Virus record (IMG/VR): IMGVR_UViG_3300013105_000002
Coordinates: 1-64,000 of that record
Length of the DNA: 64,000 bases
From: a virus
Taxonomy: Duplodnaviria; Heunggongvirae; Uroviricota; Caudoviricetes
Reading direction: 5' to 3' (one strand)
In this document: positions 1-9,294 of the stretch, piece by piece
How positions within the stretch are numbered: position 1 is the first letter of the stretch
Layout of the letters: each line of letters begins with the position of its first letter
Notes under the pieces: generated by a model
The model's database searches: none
Told to the model about the DNA's origin: nothing
Seen by the model: the letters and a program-made list of their open reading frames with translations, nothing else
Program-made: the position numbers and the translations under genes

Positions 1-438
1 AACTTTGTATTCGGCTTCAGGATCATCAAGTCCAAGTTCACATCAGGAGAATACACCCTTGAAGAAATTCAAAAGGCCGGTACGTTGTACAATGCAGGTA
101 ATCTCAACAACGGTATTACCGCATACGGATACGATGTAGCAACGAGAGCAATGAAGTTCAAGGAACTGCTTGCTGCTCCTGTTGTCACCCCGCCTCCTGT
201 TGTGACTCAACCAGCACCAGTAACACCGGCTCCTGCCAAGAAGGGGGTTTTGGTTTTGCTTCTAGTACAGAAGAAGGGTGACAAGGCAATTTGGGTAACC
301 AACTTCGTCACTCGTCGTCATGTTCCAAACAGCGCAGCATTGGTTGTGTTGAAGGAAGAAATGAAGGCACTAGGATTTTCTACAACTGTCAAGACTGTAG
401 CGTCACTTGACGCCTATGGCGCTCCCGTTGTAGGATGA
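1..438 (+). CDS. hypothetical protein, C-terminal part (CDS begins upstream of window)
   Basis: frame-1 ORF open from nt 1 to TGA 436-438; Pro/Val-rich linker PVVTPPPVVTQPAPVTPAP. Confidence 0.5.
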   Translation, partial: NFVFGFRIIKSKFTSGEYTLEEIQKAGTLYNAGNLNNGITAYGYDVATRAMKFKELLAAPVVTPPPVVTQPAPVTPAPAKKGVLVLLLVQKKGDKAIWVTNFVTRRHVPNSAALVVLKEEMKALGFSTTVKTVASLDAYGAPVVG

Positions 439-579
439 TAAATGGAGGGTAAACCAGTGAGGTCACTGGGCTCGTTTGCTAAACGATGCGGAGGTAACAC
501 TCTGGGATTCAAGTTCTCTGCCTTCCGCTTCCAACAGAAAGAGAGTTCATGAAGGCTCACTACTACATCACTGCCGCCC

Positions 580-951
580 GTGATTGACAAGTACGCAGAC
601 CGCCGCAGGTGTGACTGCTGGCGAGACGGAAACGACAAACTCCATCAGTGTGACAGGCACAAGTCAGATGACTGCATGGACTGTGGAGAAGACGTATTTG
701 AACTGAAGGAATACTACATGCTCACAGATGACCTGTGGGCCTCCATCACGGTTGACGACGAGTTCCTTGGGATGCTATGCTTCGGCTGTGCACAGGAAAG
801 GGCCGGTAGGTTCCTGAACAGGGATGATTTCAACCATTCACCATTGAATATGGTACCTGACAACAAGTCATACAGACTCATGTCTGCACTGCTTTATGTG
901 AATCATGAAAACTGCAACTGTGACATTTGTGATTGGATGAACGATGGCTGA
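580..951 (+). CDS. hypothetical Cys-rich protein
   Basis: 123-aa ORF, GTG start; multiple CxxC/CxC pairs suggest metal binding. Confidence 0.45.
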   Translation: MIDKYADRRRCDCWRDGNDKLHQCDRHKSDDCMDCGEDVFELKEYYMLTDDLWASITVDDEFLGMLCFGCAQERAGRFLNRDDFNHSPLNMVPDNKSYRLMSALLYVNHENCNCDICDWMNDG

Positions 952-1228
952 ATACATAATCTACGGATTTGGTTCGGATGAGCAGCACATGCTAGGATAC
1001 TTCTTGTGCAGGAACGTAGAATCCTGCACGCCAGAGTTTGAGAAGGTTTCATTCATTGGCAAGGCAAACAAGCCGTACACAATTTTCTTTGATGGTGAAC
1101 TGCTTGACTACATCCTTATAATTCCAGAAGAGGATGTGGACGAGCCTTACATTCCTAGGAGTGAAGATGGAGATTCTATTTCTGATAGCAGCGCTAGCAC
1201 TGACAGCGACGGTACTCTTCCTCTGTGA
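944..1228 (+). CDS. hypothetical protein (acidic C-terminus)
   Basis: 94-aa ORF, ATGA overlap with upstream gene. Confidence 0.45.
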   Translation: MAEYIIYGFGSDEQHMLGYFLCRNVESCTPEFEKVSFIGKANKPYTIFFDGELLDYILIIPEEDVDEPYIPRSEDGDSISDSSASTDSDGTLPL

Positions 1229-1296
1229 CCTTGCAGTAAAAAAGGTTCGCGGACTAGAGACTCAGGAACTTTACTACGAAGACTTTTGGGAGAATC

Positions 1297-1524
1297 GTGA
1301 TCGAGAGACACCTTGATGCAAAGATCGAGCAGGCAGCAGCATGGAATCAGCAGTACGTGGTTCACTTCGAGGGTCCACAAGGCCTAGAGTTCTATGAGTC
1401 ATTCAGGGACGAGTACGAACTTGCCAGAGGCAGCATTTTCTGGCGAGGATTCGACCCGCCATTCCGAACCAGCAAGGTCTACGATGTTGACTACTGGGTT
1501 GACAGGGACAAGACGGACTGCTAG
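1297..1524 (+). CDS. hypothetical protein
   Basis: 75-aa ORF ending just before tRNA cluster. Confidence 0.4.
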   Translation: MIERHLDAKIEQAAAWNQQYVVHFEGPQGLEFYESFRDEYELARGSIFWRGFDPPFRTSKVYDVDYWVDRDKTDC

Positions 1525-1571
1525 AATAGTTCTACATGACGGTGCGAGGCGTCTATAAATAAATCGCATAT

Positions 1572-1655
1572 GCGGGTGTGGTGGAATTGGTAGTCACGCC
1601 GGATTTAGGTTCCGGTGCTCGTGAGAGCGTGTCGGTTCGAGTCCGACCATCCGTA
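1572..1655 (+). tRNA. tRNA-Leu (anticodon TAG), type II long variable arm
   Basis: hand-folded cloverleaf: acceptor gcgggtg/catccgt (2 GU), anticodon stem ccgga/tccgg loop tttaggt, T-arm gtcgg-ttcgagt-ccgac. Confidence 0.65.
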
Positions 1656-1793
1656 CAGATGTTGAAGCGTTGCGCAACGTGAATACATTCAGGATACAAT
1701 AGTTCAAGAAAATAGCCGCAGGAAGATAGAGCGCCTATTAATACTAGTTAATGGAAATGCACATTTATAGGTTGGGCTTGTATCCGAAACAAT

Positions 1794-1876
1794 GCCGGTG
1801 TGGTGGAATGGCAGACACGCTAGATTCAAAACCTAGTTCCCGCAAGGGAGTACGAGTTCAAGTCTCGTGGCCGGTA
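1794..1876 (+). tRNA. tRNA-Leu (anticodon CAA), type II; imperfect acceptor stem
   Basis: anticodon loop ttcaaaa, variable arm tcccgcaaggga, T-arm acgag-ttcaagt-ctcgt; acceptor has a G-G mismatch and 2 GU, so possibly degenerate. Confidence 0.5.
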
Positions 1877-1890
1877 CTTTAAGTAAATAT

Positions 1891-1976
1891 GCCCCCATGG
1901 CGAAACTGGAATCACGCAGCAGGCTCAGACCCTGTGCATTAAGTTGCTCTCGGTTCGACTCCGAGTGGGGGTACCA
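1891..1976 (+). tRNA. tRNA-Leu (anticodon CAG), type II, encoded CCA
   Basis: acceptor gccccca/tgggggt, anticodon stem gcagg/cctgt loop ctcagac, T-arm ctcgg-ttcgact-ccgag, ends ACCA. Confidence 0.65.
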
Positions 1977-2034
1977 TTGACGCACACCGCCCGGTGTGCT
2001 AGACTCCATCCGTAACTACAACCACGGAGGTACC

Positions 2035-2409
2035 ATGACTACGTACAAGAAGCAGTGGAAGAATATGACTTCCATGGAACAGAACGCGTTTCTATGGGCT
2101 GTGTCTGCGGACACTGCTGGCGACAGACTGATCGACAGGCTGTCTGATCTTGGTCGTGAGGGCAAGAATGACGTTCCCGAGTTTACCTTCACCATGCAGA
2201 TCAATGGTGTTGAGGTTGATGCTGAGCGTGTCATGGAGCGCATGGAGCAGGCGTGCGAGTACACCGCTGCTGTCAAGTCTCGTGAGGCTCTGGAAGCAAA
2301 GTTCAATGAATTCTCCGAGGCTTTTGAGCCAATCAAGAGCATCCTTGACGCTGCTGAGGCACGCCTCCGCGTTGATCTTGGTATCGAGAAGGACAGTTGG
2401 GACTACTGA
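2035..2409 (+). CDS. hypothetical protein
   Basis: ORF 1996-2409, start moved to ATG 2035 preceded by GGAGG; upstream part overlaps tRNA. Confidence 0.5.
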   Translation: MTTYKKQWKNMTSMEQNAFLWAVSADTAGDRLIDRLSDLGREGKNDVPEFTFTMQINGVEVDAERVMERMEQACEYTAAVKSREALEAKFNEFSEAFEPIKSILDAAEARLRVDLGIEKDSWDY

Positions 2410-2630
2410 TGCTGGATCGTACGTGTTACTTCAACAATGAGAATTGTGACAGCACTGGCAATTTCGCTGTTGTGCATACCACGAACGTCGGCTATCATAT
2501 CATGTGCAACCTGCATGCCCAGTGCTTCTCTGTAATCAAGCAGCATATCGCCAATCCTCACGAAGAGTTTGAGTGCAAAGAGCACCCCGGCGATCACTGG
2601 GTAAACGTCGTTCTCGTCCGTCTAGTTTAA
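2409..2630 (+). CDS. hypothetical Cys/His-rich protein
   Basis: ATGA overlap with upstream stop; 73 aa. Confidence 0.4.
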   Translation: MLDRTCYFNNENCDSTGNFAVVHTTNVGYHIMCNLHAQCFSVIKQHIANPHEEFECKEHPGDHWVNVVLVRLV

Positions 2631-2638
2631 GGAGATTC

Positions 2639-3460
2639 ATGCGTACCATTCTGGTGGGCTCTGCTGCAACTCGTGCGTGGCGTCCTGACTTCCGAGTCCC
2701 CTCCGACCTTGACTACTTCACCGACAAGGAAATGCCAAAGGAACTGAACGGCAAGCGTGTCGAGAAGTTCTATCACCCTGATCTGGAAAAGTGGAATTGG
2801 GCTGAGGAAAAGCCTATAGAACTTTTTGAAGGCGTATTGGTGGCACCTTCAAAGACCCGTGCCACTCTCAACGAACTGTACACGCTGAAGGTTTCTCACA
2901 TGTTCTGGCCCAACCGCTGGGTCAAGCATGCCAAGGACATTCTGTGGTTCCAGACAGAGACCGATGCGCAGTTCCTTCCTGATCTGTATGATATTCTCTA
3001 TCCCATCTGGGTGGAGCATTACGGAAAGAAGCGAGCCTCGCTGCCCAAGGGCACAAAGGCTGAGGATTTCTTTAAGTCCAACATCGTCCGAAAGTTTGAC
3101 CACGATTCGTTGCACGCGTCGGTGGCATACTATGATAAGCCTCTATTTGAGGTCATCCTTCAGGATGGAGAGGACGTTGCAGTCTCGTGGGAGAAATTCG
3201 AACAGATGACCCACACAGACAAGTTGCGCCTGTGCCGTGAGGAAATTTACGCCACTGCTCTAGAGCGCAAGGTGATACCTTCTGACTACACCGTCAACCC
3301 GCTGAGCGCCTACCGATGGGCGATGCAGCAGACCATCACTTCCTTCTGGAAGGGAAAGTGGGCACTCTTCATGGTGCTCAACTTGAAGGATTTGGTCGTG
3401 CCTGAGGTAGACTACGTTCAGGTCCATAAGGACAATAGTGAAAGGCTGGTAATGCTATGA
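2639..3460 (+). CDS. Pol-beta superfamily nucleotidyltransferase (unknown substrate)
   Basis: RBS AAGGAG + ATG 2639; N-terminal minimal nucleotidyltransferase motif LVGSAATRAWRPDFRVPSDLDYF (G-S-x13-D-x-D). Confidence 0.6.
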   Translation: MRTILVGSAATRAWRPDFRVPSDLDYFTDKEMPKELNGKRVEKFYHPDLEKWNWAEEKPIELFEGVLVAPSKTRATLNELYTLKVSHMFWPNRWVKHAKDILWFQTETDAQFLPDLYDILYPIWVEHYGKKRASLPKGTKAEDFFKSNIVRKFDHDSLHASVAYYDKPLFEVILQDGEDVAVSWEKFEQMTHTDKLRLCREEIYATALERKVIPSDYTVNPLSAYRWAMQQTITSFWKGKWALFMVLNLKDLVVPEVDYVQVHKDNSERLVML

Positions 3461-3804
3461 GTGACAAGAGAGATTTGCTGAATCTTGTAGAGGGCGATGA
3501 GGACAACTACAGCGGCTATGGTCCGTGGGAGAGGTTTGTTCCGGGCCGGGGTGGGTATGACGGTAGCAAGTACGTCAGTTATGACGGTAACGCCACGCTG
3601 TCAAATGGTGAAGAGGTGAGACTCGTTGCTCATTGGAACACTTTCGATGAGAGCGAGGTCTGGCACTCTGTAGTAAAGTTCCGTGGCGCTCTTTATGAGT
3701 TGGTCATCTACAACGACTCATGGAACGATGGTGGCATTGAACTTAACGGCATCTACCCGGTAGAGGCTCGTCAGGTGACCAAGACGGAGTACGTGCGAGC
3801 ATGA
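3457..3804 (+). CDS. hypothetical protein, DSW-motif paralog 1
   Basis: 115-aa ORF, contains YNDSWNDGG; ATGA overlaps. Confidence 0.5.
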   Translation: MSDKRDLLNLVEGDEDNYSGYGPWERFVPGRGGYDGSKYVSYDGNATLSNGEEVRLVAHWNTFDESEVWHSVVKFRGALYELVIYNDSWNDGGIELNGIYPVEARQVTKTEYVRA

Positions 3805-4214
3805 GTGATGTGCTGAAGGAACTTCAGGGAAAACTCGATGCTTATGATGCCAAGTATGTGGATGCATACGAGAACGAAGACCCACCGAAGGACGATTCCG
3901 ATGAGGACGTGGGGTCACTCTTGCAGGCTTGGGGACGCATGTATTCCGGCTGGGACATTGACCCAGAGAATCCATACCGAAAAGTGGAGAAGCCATTTCT
4001 CTACGCCCTACCGGGCGTCGGTACGGTTGAGGTTGTGGACGATGACGATGACCACTCTGATGGTCATACCCTTTACGTGATCTTCAAGTACAAGGGCCGC
4101 TATTTCCGTTACCAAGGGTGGGATGACTCATGGAGCGGTGACGGTGGATGGGAAGGGCCTCTTGAAGAGGTAGAGCCTAAGCAGGTAACAACGACAGTTT
4201 GGAGCAAGGTATGA
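3801..4214 (+). CDS. hypothetical protein, DSW-motif paralog 2
   Basis: 137-aa ORF, contains WDDSWSGDGGW; acidic. Confidence 0.5.
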   Translation: MSDVLKELQGKLDAYDAKYVDAYENEDPPKDDSDEDVGSLLQAWGRMYSGWDIDPENPYRKVEKPFLYALPGVGTVEVVDDDDDHSDGHTLYVIFKYKGRYFRYQGWDDSWSGDGGWEGPLEEVEPKQVTTTVWSKV

Positions 4215-4543
4215 AGGCCAAGAGGCTTGTTGATTTGATGGACGAGGGTCTGGTTCTCGATCCGGATGATGACTTTGAGCAGGTTGACTACGATCTGCTA
4301 AAGGAAATGATTCGTGACGAGTGGTCGGGAGAACTTGACGTGGATGGTGAGCGTGTAAAGTTTGAGAATGTTGATTCCATCCGTGACTATGATCAGTATT
4401 GGGTTGTCGTAAAGGTTGGAGAAGACCTGATCGGCATGTGCGGTTACTACGATTCATGGAATGGCACCGAGTGGTCAGACGCTGATCTTGTAGACGTAGA
4501 GTCTTACGAGACCGTCGAGAGGCATTGGAGGGAAAAGCAGTGA
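4199..4543 (+). CDS. hypothetical protein, DSW-motif paralog 3
   Basis: 114-aa ORF, contains YYDSWNGTEW. Confidence 0.5.
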   Translation: MEQGMKAKRLVDLMDEGLVLDPDDDFEQVDYDLLKEMIRDEWSGELDVDGERVKFENVDSIRDYDQYWVVVKVGEDLIGMCGYYDSWNGTEWSDADLVDVESYETVERHWREKQ

Positions 4544-4887
4544 AGTTCACCTTGGATGATTTGAAGCAGGCTGTGAAGGCTGGACATTTCACGTGTGACG
4601 ATGGATACTCTGGCGGACCAGAACGGGTGGGCACACTGGCCTACCTCCTATGGAATGACGAAAGTGTTTCGGTCAACGGTCACAGTGTCGAGGTACTTGA
4701 AAGCACTGACCTAGATCACGAGGACAACGATCACGGTAAGCCCGTCAAGGTTGTCTTCAAGGTCTATGACACAGTGTTCATTGCCGAAGACGTGTATGAC
4801 TCATGGGGTGGATCGCACTTTGACGATGATGATTGTGTGTCTGAGGCGGAGTTGGTAGATGTACCCACGTGGGTTGCCAAGCCTTAA
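4540..4887 (+). CDS. hypothetical protein, DSW-motif paralog 4
   Basis: GTG 4540 with GGAGGG 7 nt upstream; contains VYDSWGGSHFDDDD. Confidence 0.5.
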   Translation: MKFTLDDLKQAVKAGHFTCDDGYSGGPERVGTLAYLLWNDESVSVNGHSVEVLESTDLDHEDNDHGKPVKVVFKVYDTVFIAEDVYDSWGGSHFDDDDCVSEAELVDVPTWVAKP

Positions 4888-4911
4888 TTCGTCTGGTAGA
4901 CTGGTATAACT

Positions 4912-4950
4912 CCACCGGCCCGCTTTTTCTCACGGAAGTAGGGCCGGTGG
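4912..4950 (+). terminator. 10-bp stem hairpin (ccaccggccc...gggccggtgg) with 19-nt loop; terminator or protein-binding palindrome
   Basis: perfect inverted repeat after gene 4540-4887. Confidence 0.3.
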
Positions 4951-4972
4951 ACAAATACTTTAGGAGGCAGAT

Positions 4973-5188
4973 ATGAGCAACGCAAGTTCATTCTCATCTG
5001 TCGCTGCCAAGGCATTCTTGCGAGACAAGAGTGGAAACGAATACACGGGCGAGGCCCTGTTCCTAGCCATTCTGCTGCACTGCTCTGGTGGAGACAGAAA
5101 TGCGCAAGTGGAGAAGGAAGTCGCTGGTATGCTGGATGACGTTAATATCAAGGCAGACCAGCGAAACAAGAATAGGAAGAAGAAGTAA
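4973..5188 (+). CDS. hypothetical protein
   Basis: 71-aa ORF, RBS AGGAGG before ATG; basic C-terminus. Confidence 0.45.
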   Translation: MSNASSFSSVAAKAFLRDKSGNEYTGEALFLAILLHCSGGDRNAQVEKEVAGMLDDVNIKADQRNKNRKKK

Positions 5189-5511
5189 TGGTCACCCTAG
5201 AACCACACATTGACCACGACAAGTATTACGTAAAGACACCCACGAAGTACATTGGTATTCAGTGGAATGGTGCACCGGAGACTGGTCAGAAGATTCTGAG
5301 AAGCCTTGACATGGATGCAAAGATCGAGTTTACCCATGACGGCGTTCTTGAATTGAGGGTCAGGGACAAGGGTTTCGACTCTCTCGACTGGGTTTCAGTT
5401 CCTTTGGGAGCGTGGCTGGTAATCTCCGGATATGACTATATCAGAATGAAGACGCCCTTTGAAATCATGAGCGAAGAACGATTCCGCAAGGAATTCCAAG
5501 AACTAGTTTGA
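5188..5511 (+). CDS. hypothetical protein
   Basis: 107-aa ORF, TAATG overlap. Confidence 0.5.
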   Translation: MVTLEPHIDHDKYYVKTPTKYIGIQWNGAPETGQKILRSLDMDAKIEFTHDGVLELRVRDKGFDSLDWVSVPLGAWLVISGYDYIRMKTPFEIMSEERFRKEFQELV

Positions 5512-5518
5512 GGTAAAT

Positions 5519-6034
5519 ATGAGCCATCTTGTATTTCTGGACCTAGAGACAACAGGTCTGGACGAAAAGAAGCATCAGGTGTGGGAAGCGGCATATGCCA
5601 TTAACGATGACGATGTTAAGTCGTCACTTCTGAACCACGCTCTGAAGAATGCAAACCCAGTTGCTTTGGGTATCAATAACTATTCAGAGCGCATCAAGGC
5701 GTGGGTGGATACCAATTCTGGGTTCGCCGAGAGAAACGCATGGGAGACCAAGTTGCGTGCCGTCCTTGCAGGTGCTACGCTGGTCGCAGCAAACCCGACG
5801 TTCGACGCGACGATGCTGAAGGCCCGGTGGGGCGAGGCTCCATGGGCCTACAGAATGATTGACCTAGAGGCATACGCCATGCCATATCTAGGACTTGACA
5901 GGCCGCGAGGACTAGCGTATATTGCTGAGAAGTTGGGCGTTGAGGCACCTGACCACAGCGCACGTCAGGACGTAGTGACACTCAGACAGTGTTACCGTCT
6001 TCTACAAGACAAGTATCAGATTCCAAGAGGATGA
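5519..6034 (+). CDS. DnaQ-like (DEDDh) 3'-5' exonuclease
   Basis: Exo I FLDLETTGL, Exo II ANPTFD, Exo III HSARQD motifs. Confidence 0.8.
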   Translation: MSHLVFLDLETTGLDEKKHQVWEAAYAINDDDVKSSLLNHALKNANPVALGINNYSERIKAWVDTNSGFAERNAWETKLRAVLAGATLVAANPTFDATMLKARWGEAPWAYRMIDLEAYAMPYLGLDRPRGLAYIAEKLGVEAPDHSARQDVVTLRQCYRLLQDKYQIPRG

Positions 6035-6043
6035 GGTAATCAC

Positions 6044-6211
6044 ATGGCACGCTCTATGCTTAACAATCAAAGGAAAAAGCAAAGGGCGTGCCATTGTGGT
6101 AGAAACACCATTTACACTGGCGACAATGCCAAGTACAACAAGAAAATCGACGGCGTGGAAGTCTGCAATGACTGCTACGTGGACAGCATTAAGAAGAGGT
6201 TTGGACTATGA
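6044..6211 (+). CDS. small zinc-ribbon-like protein (55 aa)
   Basis: ATG 6044 after AGGTAA, CHCG...CNDC pairs; below the 60-aa track cutoff; ATGA overlap with next gene. Confidence 0.35.
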   Translation: MARSMLNNQRKKQRACHCGRNTIYTGDNAKYNKKIDGVEVCNDCYVDSIKKRFGL

Positions 6212-7005
6212 AGAGTTTGATTGCGGGTGACTGGCATGGGAGTATCTCGGCAGCCAAGGGTTGCATCGAGCAGGCTTCCGAAGAGGGCTGCACCCGAGTA
6301 ATTCAGGTTGGCGACTTCGGTATTCCGTTTTACACCGGCAGTGACTTCCTAGATCGTGTCTCCGACCTTGGTGTCGAGCACGATGTTGAGGTTTTCTTCC
6401 TTGACGGTAACCACGAGAACTTCGATACGGTCGAGAAGTGGGTAAACACCTACAAGCGTGACCCTAATGGCCTTATTCCAATACTTCCCAATCTTACCTA
6501 TATGCCACGAGGCGCGGTGTGGAAGGACGAGGATGGTCTTGTGTATGCAGTTATGGGTGGTGCCGCAAGCATTGACCGTGATTGGCGTACCCTCGGCTTT
6601 GACTACTTTCCTCAGGAGTTGATCACACCCGGTGATGTTTTCCGACTTTTCAACAAGGCTTCTGACTTTGAGAAGATCGACGTTCTGTTGACGCACGACT
6701 GTTCTAACAGAACTGATTGGGGCTTTGCTCTGATTCCTGACAGTCAGAGTCAGATGAACCGTCGAGTCATCGATGAGATTCTGGATTATCTGAAGCCAGA
6801 TTTCCACTTCCATGGTCACATGCACAAGCGCTATGAGTGGGTTCTCAATGGCATCACCAAGGTGTATGGCTTGAATCTGGAAAACGACCGTCACTCGCGG
6901 GGTGTGCTAGAAGTCGATGCCAAGGGTACTACCTTTGAGTATTATCCTTACAAGGTTCGTCCGACCATTGACATGGTTCAGAGGATTGGATACACTCTTG
7001 GCTGA
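6208..7005 (+). CDS. calcineurin-like metallophosphoesterase
   Basis: GDWHG, GDFG, GNHE phosphoesterase motifs. Confidence 0.8.
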   Translation: MKSLIAGDWHGSISAAKGCIEQASEEGCTRVIQVGDFGIPFYTGSDFLDRVSDLGVEHDVEVFFLDGNHENFDTVEKWVNTYKRDPNGLIPILPNLTYMPRGAVWKDEDGLVYAVMGGAASIDRDWRTLGFDYFPQELITPGDVFRLFNKASDFEKIDVLLTHDCSNRTDWGFALIPDSQSQMNRRVIDEILDYLKPDFHFHGHMHKRYEWVLNGITKVYGLNLENDRHSRGVLEVDAKGTTFEYYPYKVRPTIDMVQRIGYTLG

Positions 7006-7030
7006 CAGACTGCCCCATAAGTTCTACCGA

Positions 7031-7234
7031 GTGGTAGCACATGGCACAGGAAAACTCAGAACATCCGAGCGTGCCAGTCAGACATATGCCAATAAGGTTC
7101 ACGCCGAGGCACGGGTTGACTGGCTGGCCGCTCGTGGTGTAGACTCTGATCTGTACGAGTCAGAGCCAGTAGTCTGGCACAAAATAAGCACTGACAAAGT
7201 TCCTGAGGGTCAAGACCCTCTCCCCTTCGATTGA
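7031..7234 (+). CDS. hypothetical protein
   Basis: ORF 6917-7234 overlaps upstream gene by 88 nt; in-frame GTG 7031 after upstream stop taken as start. Confidence 0.3.
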   Translation: MVAHGTGKLRTSERASQTYANKVHAEARVDWLAARGVDSDLYESEPVVWHKISTDKVPEGQDPLPFD

Positions 7235-7246
7235 CAGGAGCGATCC

Positions 7247-9292
7247 TTGATTCCCAATAACGTTCAGGTAGCACAGAAGTCAGGAAGCCTTGGTGGTCGC
7301 AAGATCGCCATGAAGATTTCCGAAAAGGGTGTACCGTACCTGATGAACCTGCTGACGGACCTGTATTCTGATCCGGTCCTCGCGGTCATCCGAGAGTATT
7401 CCACAAACGCATGGGACAGCCATGTTGATGCTGGCATGACCCACCGCCCGATTGAGGTCACACTGCCCAATCGTATGTCTCCCTACTTCATCATTCGTGA
7501 CTTTGGTGTCGGTATGGATGCTGACACCATTGAGGAAATCTACTCCCAGTACGGTGAGTCCACCAAGCGTGAGCAGAAGACCACAAATGGCTCCATGGGT
7601 ATTGGTGCAAAGGCTGCTCTCGGCTACACCTCCCAGTTCATGGTCACCGGATGGAAGAATGGCACCAAGACTCTCGTGGCAGTGGGCCGCGAAGAGGATG
7701 GTACCGGCTCCATGGATATTGTTTACGAAGGTCCAGACGACGGTGAAACTGGCGTGGAAATTCGTGTCCCCGTCCAGCGGGAGTCTGACTTCGAACACAA
7801 GGCTCGTGAATTCTACTCGTACTGGAAGCCCGGTACGGTACTGCTGGACAGCGTTGACCCTTCTCTGGCTCGCACGAAGATCACCGACCGTATCTACGAG
7901 CACAACAACAGTCGCTATGACGTTGTGGTGATGGGTAACGTCGCTTACCCCATTGACCCGTCGTACGGAATCTCTGGTGGCGGAAACGGAGTTGTCTGCT
8001 ATGTCACAATGAACGGTCACGATGAGGTTGTGTTCGCACCCTCTCGTGAGTCGCTGATCTACAACGATCTGACAAAGAGCAGTCTTGCAGGTCTGCGCGA
8101 GGACTACGACAAGGAAATTCGTAAGCACCTTCAGGCCGAACTGGACCAGTGTGCGACATTCGTTGATGCATGGAACAAGATGCAGCAGATTCGTTCTTCC
8201 TACGGTATGAGCATCTACAACGAACTTCGATTCAATGGCATGGCCGTTGACAACTTTATGCCTTCCGAGCCCGTGGTGCAGGATGATGGAACCATTAAGA
8301 ACGTCACTTTTCAGTTTGTCAAGTGGAAGGTTGGCAAGACTCGTCATGCTGTGGAACGCGGCGGTGCGTTCTTTGAGAATCTGATTGAACAAAAGAATGT
8401 CATCATCGTTAACTACCGTAGCGAAAAGGGCGTTTCTGGTCAGGACAAGAAGCGAATCAAGGAATACTTCAACGAGCACGTCGATGATGTAACTCTGAGT
8501 TATTACTACTACAACACGTCCACGGTCTTCCTGACGAAGCAGAGTGCTCTGCCAAACCCGGATCGCCTCGGCGGGCTGAAGGTCTATGACTGGAAGCACA
8601 TTCTGAAGGTCACCCGTACGCCTAACACATCTGGCAGTTCTGGCGTCACCTCGGGCGGCAAGTTTGCAATCTTCGATGGCAATTACTCTTACCCCTACGG
8701 TGAGATTGATGGCAAGGAAGTTGTTTACTGGTCTTCCGCTGACTTCCGACCGAACGGTGATCTTCTGAGGCGTGCCCAGAAGTTGAACCCGGATATTCTA
8801 TTCGTCAATGAGAACAGGAACAGGCACACGCGAATCATCCGTCTTGCCAGCAAGGCTACCGAGTGGGGTACGTGGTACAGTGACGTTCTCCGCAAGGAAG
8901 TTGCCAAGCAGGATTTCGATGAACTGACGGTTGACAACCTGAAGGTACTAGCGTATGATCGTGTCTATAATCAGGTGTCGCACAACGATGCCTTCGGCAC
9001 GCACAACAAGTACGAGTTCACTTCCTTCTACAAGGATGTGAAGTCTGGAAAGATTGAGATTGACGATCCTGAGTTCAAGGATGCGATTCTCATGGTGCAT
9101 GCCGCGCATGTTCACACCGGCTATGCTTCCGAAGACCCACGCTACAAGGACGCACTCGTGAAATATGCTCCAAAGTCAGAGACGAGGTGGGTCAGGAAAT
9201 ACTACCCGCTGATCAACGGAAACAACATTAAGTACCGGACACAGATCGCTGAGTACATCAACTCAGAATACGCCAAGAGAAACGGAGTTTGA
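7247..9292 (+). CDS. rIIA-like GHKL-family ATPase
   Basis: RBS AGGAG + TTG 7247; N-box IREYSTNAWDS, G1 box DFGVGMD, G2 box GSMGIGAKAALG; 681 aa, followed by a ~330-aa partner as for T4 rIIA/rIIB. Confidence 0.65.
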   Translation: MIPNNVQVAQKSGSLGGRKIAMKISEKGVPYLMNLLTDLYSDPVLAVIREYSTNAWDSHVDAGMTHRPIEVTLPNRMSPYFIIRDFGVGMDADTIEEIYSQYGESTKREQKTTNGSMGIGAKAALGYTSQFMVTGWKNGTKTLVAVGREEDGTGSMDIVYEGPDDGETGVEIRVPVQRESDFEHKAREFYSYWKPGTVLLDSVDPSLARTKITDRIYEHNNSRYDVVVMGNVAYPIDPSYGISGGGNGVVCYVTMNGHDEVVFAPSRESLIYNDLTKSSLAGLREDYDKEIRKHLQAELDQCATFVDAWNKMQQIRSSYGMSIYNELRFNGMAVDNFMPSEPVVQDDGTIKNVTFQFVKWKVGKTRHAVERGGAFFENLIEQKNVIIVNYRSEKGVSGQDKKRIKEYFNEHVDDVTLSYYYYNTSTVFLTKQSALPNPDRLGGLKVYDWKHILKVTRTPNTSGSSGVTSGGKFAIFDGNYSYPYGEIDGKEVVYWSSADFRPNGDLLRRAQKLNPDILFVNENRNRHTRIIRLASKATEWGTWYSDVLRKEVAKQDFDELTVDNLKVLAYDRVYNQVSHNDAFGTHNKYEFTSFYKDVKSGKIEIDDPEFKDAILMVHAAHVHTGYASEDPRYKDALVKYAPKSETRWVRKYYPLINGNNIKYRTQIAEYINSEYAKRNGV

Positions 9293-9294
9293 CA

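Noticed and set aside
7280-8599. 439-aa minus-strand ORF inside the rIIA-like gene (also 9580-10353, 17196-17774, 17847-18620, 28543-29748, 52124-52882, 4128-4634 minus-strand ORFs)
   Set aside because: They lie fully antisense to well-supported + strand genes with motifs and RBSs, and have low-complexity Arg/Val/Ser-rich products. These are typical GC-driven antisense ORF artefacts.
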